Part shown: one piece after another, positions 61,608 through 64,000 of the stretch
Layout of the letters: every line of letters begins with the position of its first letter
How positions within the stretch are numbered: position 1 is the stretch's first letter
DNA from: Thalassocella blandensis
GTDB taxonomy: Bacteria; Pseudomonadota; Gammaproteobacteria; Pseudomonadales; Cellvibrionaceae
DNA length: 64,000 nt
Direction: 5' to 3'
NCBI GenBank assembly: GCA_945882995.1
Contig: CAMCXE010000001.1
Coordinates: 2,084 to 66,083 of the forward strand
Translations under genes and position numbers: made by a program
Notes under the pieces: generated by a model
What the model was told of the DNA's origin: nothing
Database searches by the model: none
What the model saw: the letters and a program-made list of their open reading frames with translations, nothing else

Positions 61608-62039
61608 ATGGGAAATCATTTGCGCGTGGCGGCATCGAACGGCGAGATTATTGAAAAGTCCCTGTTGGCGCAGGAACAAGACAGCGTAACGACTAGACCA
61701 TATCGTCGATGGATTGTGTCGACCCTGCTGCTTGTCCCTAAATTGTCTTTAAAGTTGGCTATTTTTGCCCTACTCGGTATTCGCTATGCGCTGTTTTTTG
61801 TTCTCTATTGGCTGCGAATACTGATTTACCCCGTTATGAGCCTGGTTTGCGGGCTGACTCTTCTCGCGGCTCTGCTTATGCTTTTAAACACGAGCTATGA
61901 GCCTCGCCTTTTTGTGGCGGCAAGATTGGGGGGGTTCTCATTCGGGTGTTTTCTCTTCGTCTGGTTTTACGATGGGCTACTGTTGGTGTTGAGCCCAAGG
62001 TCGATCATCATTGATGATGGGCGAGACAACGATCACTAG
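61608..62039 (+). CDS. Membrane protein, unknown function
   Basis: Start at ATG 61608 (GGATGA upstream). 4 predicted TM helices. Confidence 0.45.
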   Translation: MGNHLRVAASNGEIIEKSLLAQEQDSVTTRPYRRWIVSTLLLVPKLSLKLAIFALLGIRYALFFVLYWLRILIYPVMSLVCGLTLLAALLMLLNTSYEPRLFVAARLGGFSFGCFLFVWFYDGLLLVLSPRSIIIDDGRDNDH

Positions 62040-62088
62040 CAATAACGCCCGCTGCAAATTCTTTTTGGGGCGCTTTACTGCGCAAGAT

Positions 62089-62112
62089 ACTTATAGTCCG
62101 TGGACCTATCAT
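62089..62112 (+). promoter_or_regulatory. C-box-like operator upstream of the controller gene
   Basis: ACTTATAGTC-CGTG-GACCTATCAT resembles the GACTnnnAGTC-n4-GACTnnnAGTC C-box layout of C-protein-controlled R-M systems. About 25 nt upstream of the C-gene ATG. Confidence 0.5.
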
Positions 62113-62134
62113 CATCATGTTGCTCTAATTGCGT

Positions 62135-62368
62135 ATGCCCAAACATCATGATGACTTCCTCGCATGGTTCGGTGGTCGAGTTAGAGCGCTCAGGCACCAG
62201 AAGAACCTTTCCCAAGAAGAATTGGCCGAACAGGCCGGGATAGATCGCACCTATGTGGGTGGGGTTGAGCGCGGGGAGCGTAATGTAAGTCTATTAAATG
62301 TTAAAAGACTTGCAGATGCTCTGGGTATCGACCCCAAGGATCTATTCAGCGATGATTTCAAATTTTGA
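62135..62368 (+). CDS. Restriction-modification controller (C) protein, XRE-family HTH
   Basis: LSQEELAEQAGIDRTYVGGVERGERNVSLLNVKRLADALGI is a typical C-protein HTH. Its 3' end overlaps the downstream endonuclease gene. Confidence 0.75.
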   Translation: MPKHHDDFLAWFGGRVRALRHQKNLSQEELAEQAGIDRTYVGGVERGERNVSLLNVKRLADALGIDPKDLFSDDFKF

Positions 62369-63530
62369 ACACCTTTCCCTCATACCTTATCGATTAAAGC
62401 AATTTCGTGAACAGTCGGGATTTACTGCTGCACAGGTTGAGGAGTGTTTAATTCTCGGCCCGGGGTGGGTTCACGCAATCGAGTCGGGATTAATTATCCC
62501 GAGTCTCGATCTGGTTGCATCACTACTATCGGTCTACAGCAAGAGTCTCGCTGATCTCGCAGAAGGCGCTACGGGCGCCGTGCCCAGTATTCATCGGTCA
62601 ATAGTAGCTGCTGCCAATGGTCAGAACATAGACGTCAATTTTGAATATTCAAAACATGATGCAACATATAAACTTCTTAATGCGACCATTGAGCAATTTA
62701 ATGAGGTTGTGTTAACGCTACGCAATGGCTTGGCTCGGCTTAGCAGCTTGAATAATGACGACAGTGACCTAGCTAAATCCATTAAAACAGAAAGCGTAGC
62801 GAGCGCCTTTCTAAAGGCGGTAATGCTTTGGCCTTCCGCAAATCCTTCAGATATTTGGTGGTTTGTCGTTTATCGCGCTTATTGCGATCAATACAATCAT
62901 CCATCTGAGCATTCTAGGCTTGATTACACGCAAAGCTGGAAGCGGACTGGCGGATGGGCTTTAGAAAAAATTTTAGAAAAACATTATTCCCCTATACTTG
63001 CGCAGCATGGTATTAATTTAGTAATTGCAGACGGTGCACGGAAGTCGCGGCTCATTCAACGCATCAGTATAGGGCATCGCCTTGAGGCCGATAAAATTGA
63101 TATCCTCCTCACAGTGGGTGAAGGGGTGTCGGAAAAATTAATTGGTGTTGTTCATGTTAAGGCAAGTTTTGCTGAACGCAGAACAGACGATGTACCAATG
63201 AGTCAAGCCCTGGTGAAGGCTGGCTACATTTCTCCGCTCTGGACTATGGATTGTAAAAGTAGTCCATCCACAAACCCGATAAACCGTGGCGAGCTGGGTG
63301 AGGTTTTCATCGGGCAAGGAGTGGATTATAGGAGCGCAAAACGCAAAGATATTGAAGATGACAGGTATTTCTCCGCCTGCTTCTCATATAACAAAAACAC
63401 CAAACCAACACCAGATGAATATAACGCAAGAGCGCGGGTTGTGGTTTGTGATTTTTCCACCCCAAACGATTTATTTGTGCGATTCATTGTGACCGAACGG
63501 GACCGAGTTAGATTAATGCTTGGGATTTAA
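62352..63530 (+). CDS. Putative type II restriction endonuclease with N-terminal HTH-like region
   Basis: Assigned by context: it follows the C gene with a 17-nt overlap and is convergent with a DNA methyltransferase. Possible PD-(D/E)xK elements (RLEADKIDILL, VHVKASF). Specificity unknown. Confidence 0.5.
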   Translation: MISNFEHLSLIPYRLKQFREQSGFTAAQVEECLILGPGWVHAIESGLIIPSLDLVASLLSVYSKSLADLAEGATGAVPSIHRSIVAAANGQNIDVNFEYSKHDATYKLLNATIEQFNEVVLTLRNGLARLSSLNNDDSDLAKSIKTESVASAFLKAVMLWPSANPSDIWWFVVYRAYCDQYNHPSEHSRLDYTQSWKRTGGWALEKILEKHYSPILAQHGINLVIADGARKSRLIQRISIGHRLEADKIDILLTVGEGVSEKLIGVVHVKASFAERRTDDVPMSQALVKAGYISPLWTMDCKSSPSTNPINRGELGEVFIGQGVDYRSAKRKDIEDDRYFSACFSYNKNTKPTPDEYNARARVVVCDFSTPNDLFVRFIVTERDRVRLMLGI

Positions 63531-64000
63531 CTGCTGCCACATCACAAAGCCTTTCGTTTGATGCACCTACTTGTTCGCGGTCAATTTCAAAACCAATATA
63601 CGTGCAGCCCAGCCTTAGCGCAGCCATTCCTGTGGTGCCAGAACCCGAAAATGGATCAAGCACCACAACGTCTTCTCCAGATTTGCCATATGCATCAATG
63701 CAGCGGTACGGCAGCTCTTCTGGGAATCGTGAGAAATGTTTAACCCCGTCTATTTTTTCATTTGCAAACTCCCACACGCTTCGCACGGGTGGTGTCACGC
63801 GGAAGCTATGCTGCTCATTTTTTGCCAGCAAATAAATTGGCTCATGACAGCGGTGAGGTCTGCGGCACTTTCCCTCCGGCATTGGATTTTTTTTTCGCCA
63901 TATCACTTCGCCTCGGTAAACATATCCTGAATCAGAAAGGTTCAATATCAATCGGTAAGGCAGGGCCAGCAAGTTGCCGTACTGTAACCAGCCGGTATCT
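63508..64000 (-). CDS. DNA methyltransferase (N4/N6, beta-class), 5' end outside the window
   Basis: SAM-binding motif VVLDPFSGSGTTGMAA near the C-terminus. The frame stays open upstream of the track start (…DTGWLQYGNLLALPYRL), so the catalytic DPPY-type motif should lie beyond 64000. Confidence 0.75.
   Translation of the reverse strand, partial: DTGWLQYGNLLALPYRLILNLSDSGYVYRGEVIWRKKNPMPEGKCRRPHRCHEPIYLLAKNEQHSFRVTPPVRSVWEFANEKIDGVKHFSRFPEELPYRCIDAYGKSGEDVVVLDPFSGSGTTGMAALRLGCTYIGFEIDREQVGASNERLCDVAAVKSQALI

Noticed and set aside
1-64000. Search for a tRNA gene, integrase and att direct repeats defining the ICE ends
   Set aside because: I could not recognise any tRNA-like sequence (no conserved T-arm GGTTCGAATCC-type box found) or any tyrosine or serine recombinase ORF. 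The element boundaries are presumably outside the window.

Overview
This window is almost entirely the backbone of a large integrative conjugative element (ICE) or conjugative genomic island of the PFGI-1 / ICEclc / PAPI-1 / SPI-7 type (MPF-G type IV secretion). I saw no integrase, tRNA or att site, so the element ends lie outside the window or went unrecognised.

Layout:
- 1-2.1 kb: DUF5131 (Gp37/Gp68-like) gene, SprT-like gene and a truncated mazF remnant.
- 2.4-21.0 kb, minus strand: a roughly 25-gene mating-pair-formation operon (TraD coupling protein, VirB4/TraC-like ATPase, TraG-like protein, lytic transglycosylase, RAQPRD protein and many small ICE-specific membrane proteins).
- 21.4-31.4 kb, plus strand: MOBH HD-domain relaxase, ParA, ParB-like protein and a putative replication protein.
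- 31.5-39.2 kb: SSB, a type IA topoisomerase with a separate zinc-finger ORF, PilL/TcpQ-like protein, a CsrA paralog, and an ArdB/KlcA-type antirestriction protein.
- 40-49.6 kb: a cargo block with TraT, a giant beta-propeller/Y_Y_Y sensor kinase and a matching sensor diguanylate cyclase.
- 49.9-60.3 kb: RadC, small unknown genes, vapBC plus a third gene, an N6-adenine methyltransferase-like protein and a SNF2 helicase.
- 62.1-64.0 kb: a C-protein-controlled type II restriction-modification system, with the methyltransferase truncated by the window end.

Most interesting observations:
1. An orphan CRISPR mini-array at 60392-60598 with exact type I-F repeat geometry and no cas genes in the window. 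It is bracketed by a duplicated terminator.
2. Three related families of long, highly structured 5' leaders, in seven copies, in front of antirestriction, RadC and other accessory genes. They show compensatory base changes and stem-loops that sequester the Shine-Dalgarno (SD) sequence.
3. A lambda-ori-like set of dyad-symmetric iterons, a pure A/T tract and a GC-rich repeat block embedded inside the putative replication-protein gene.
4. A block of 9-nt periodic AAGGG repeats in the traD/relaxase divergent intergenic region.

All family names come from motif recognition and remembered family knowledge. None has been checked by search.
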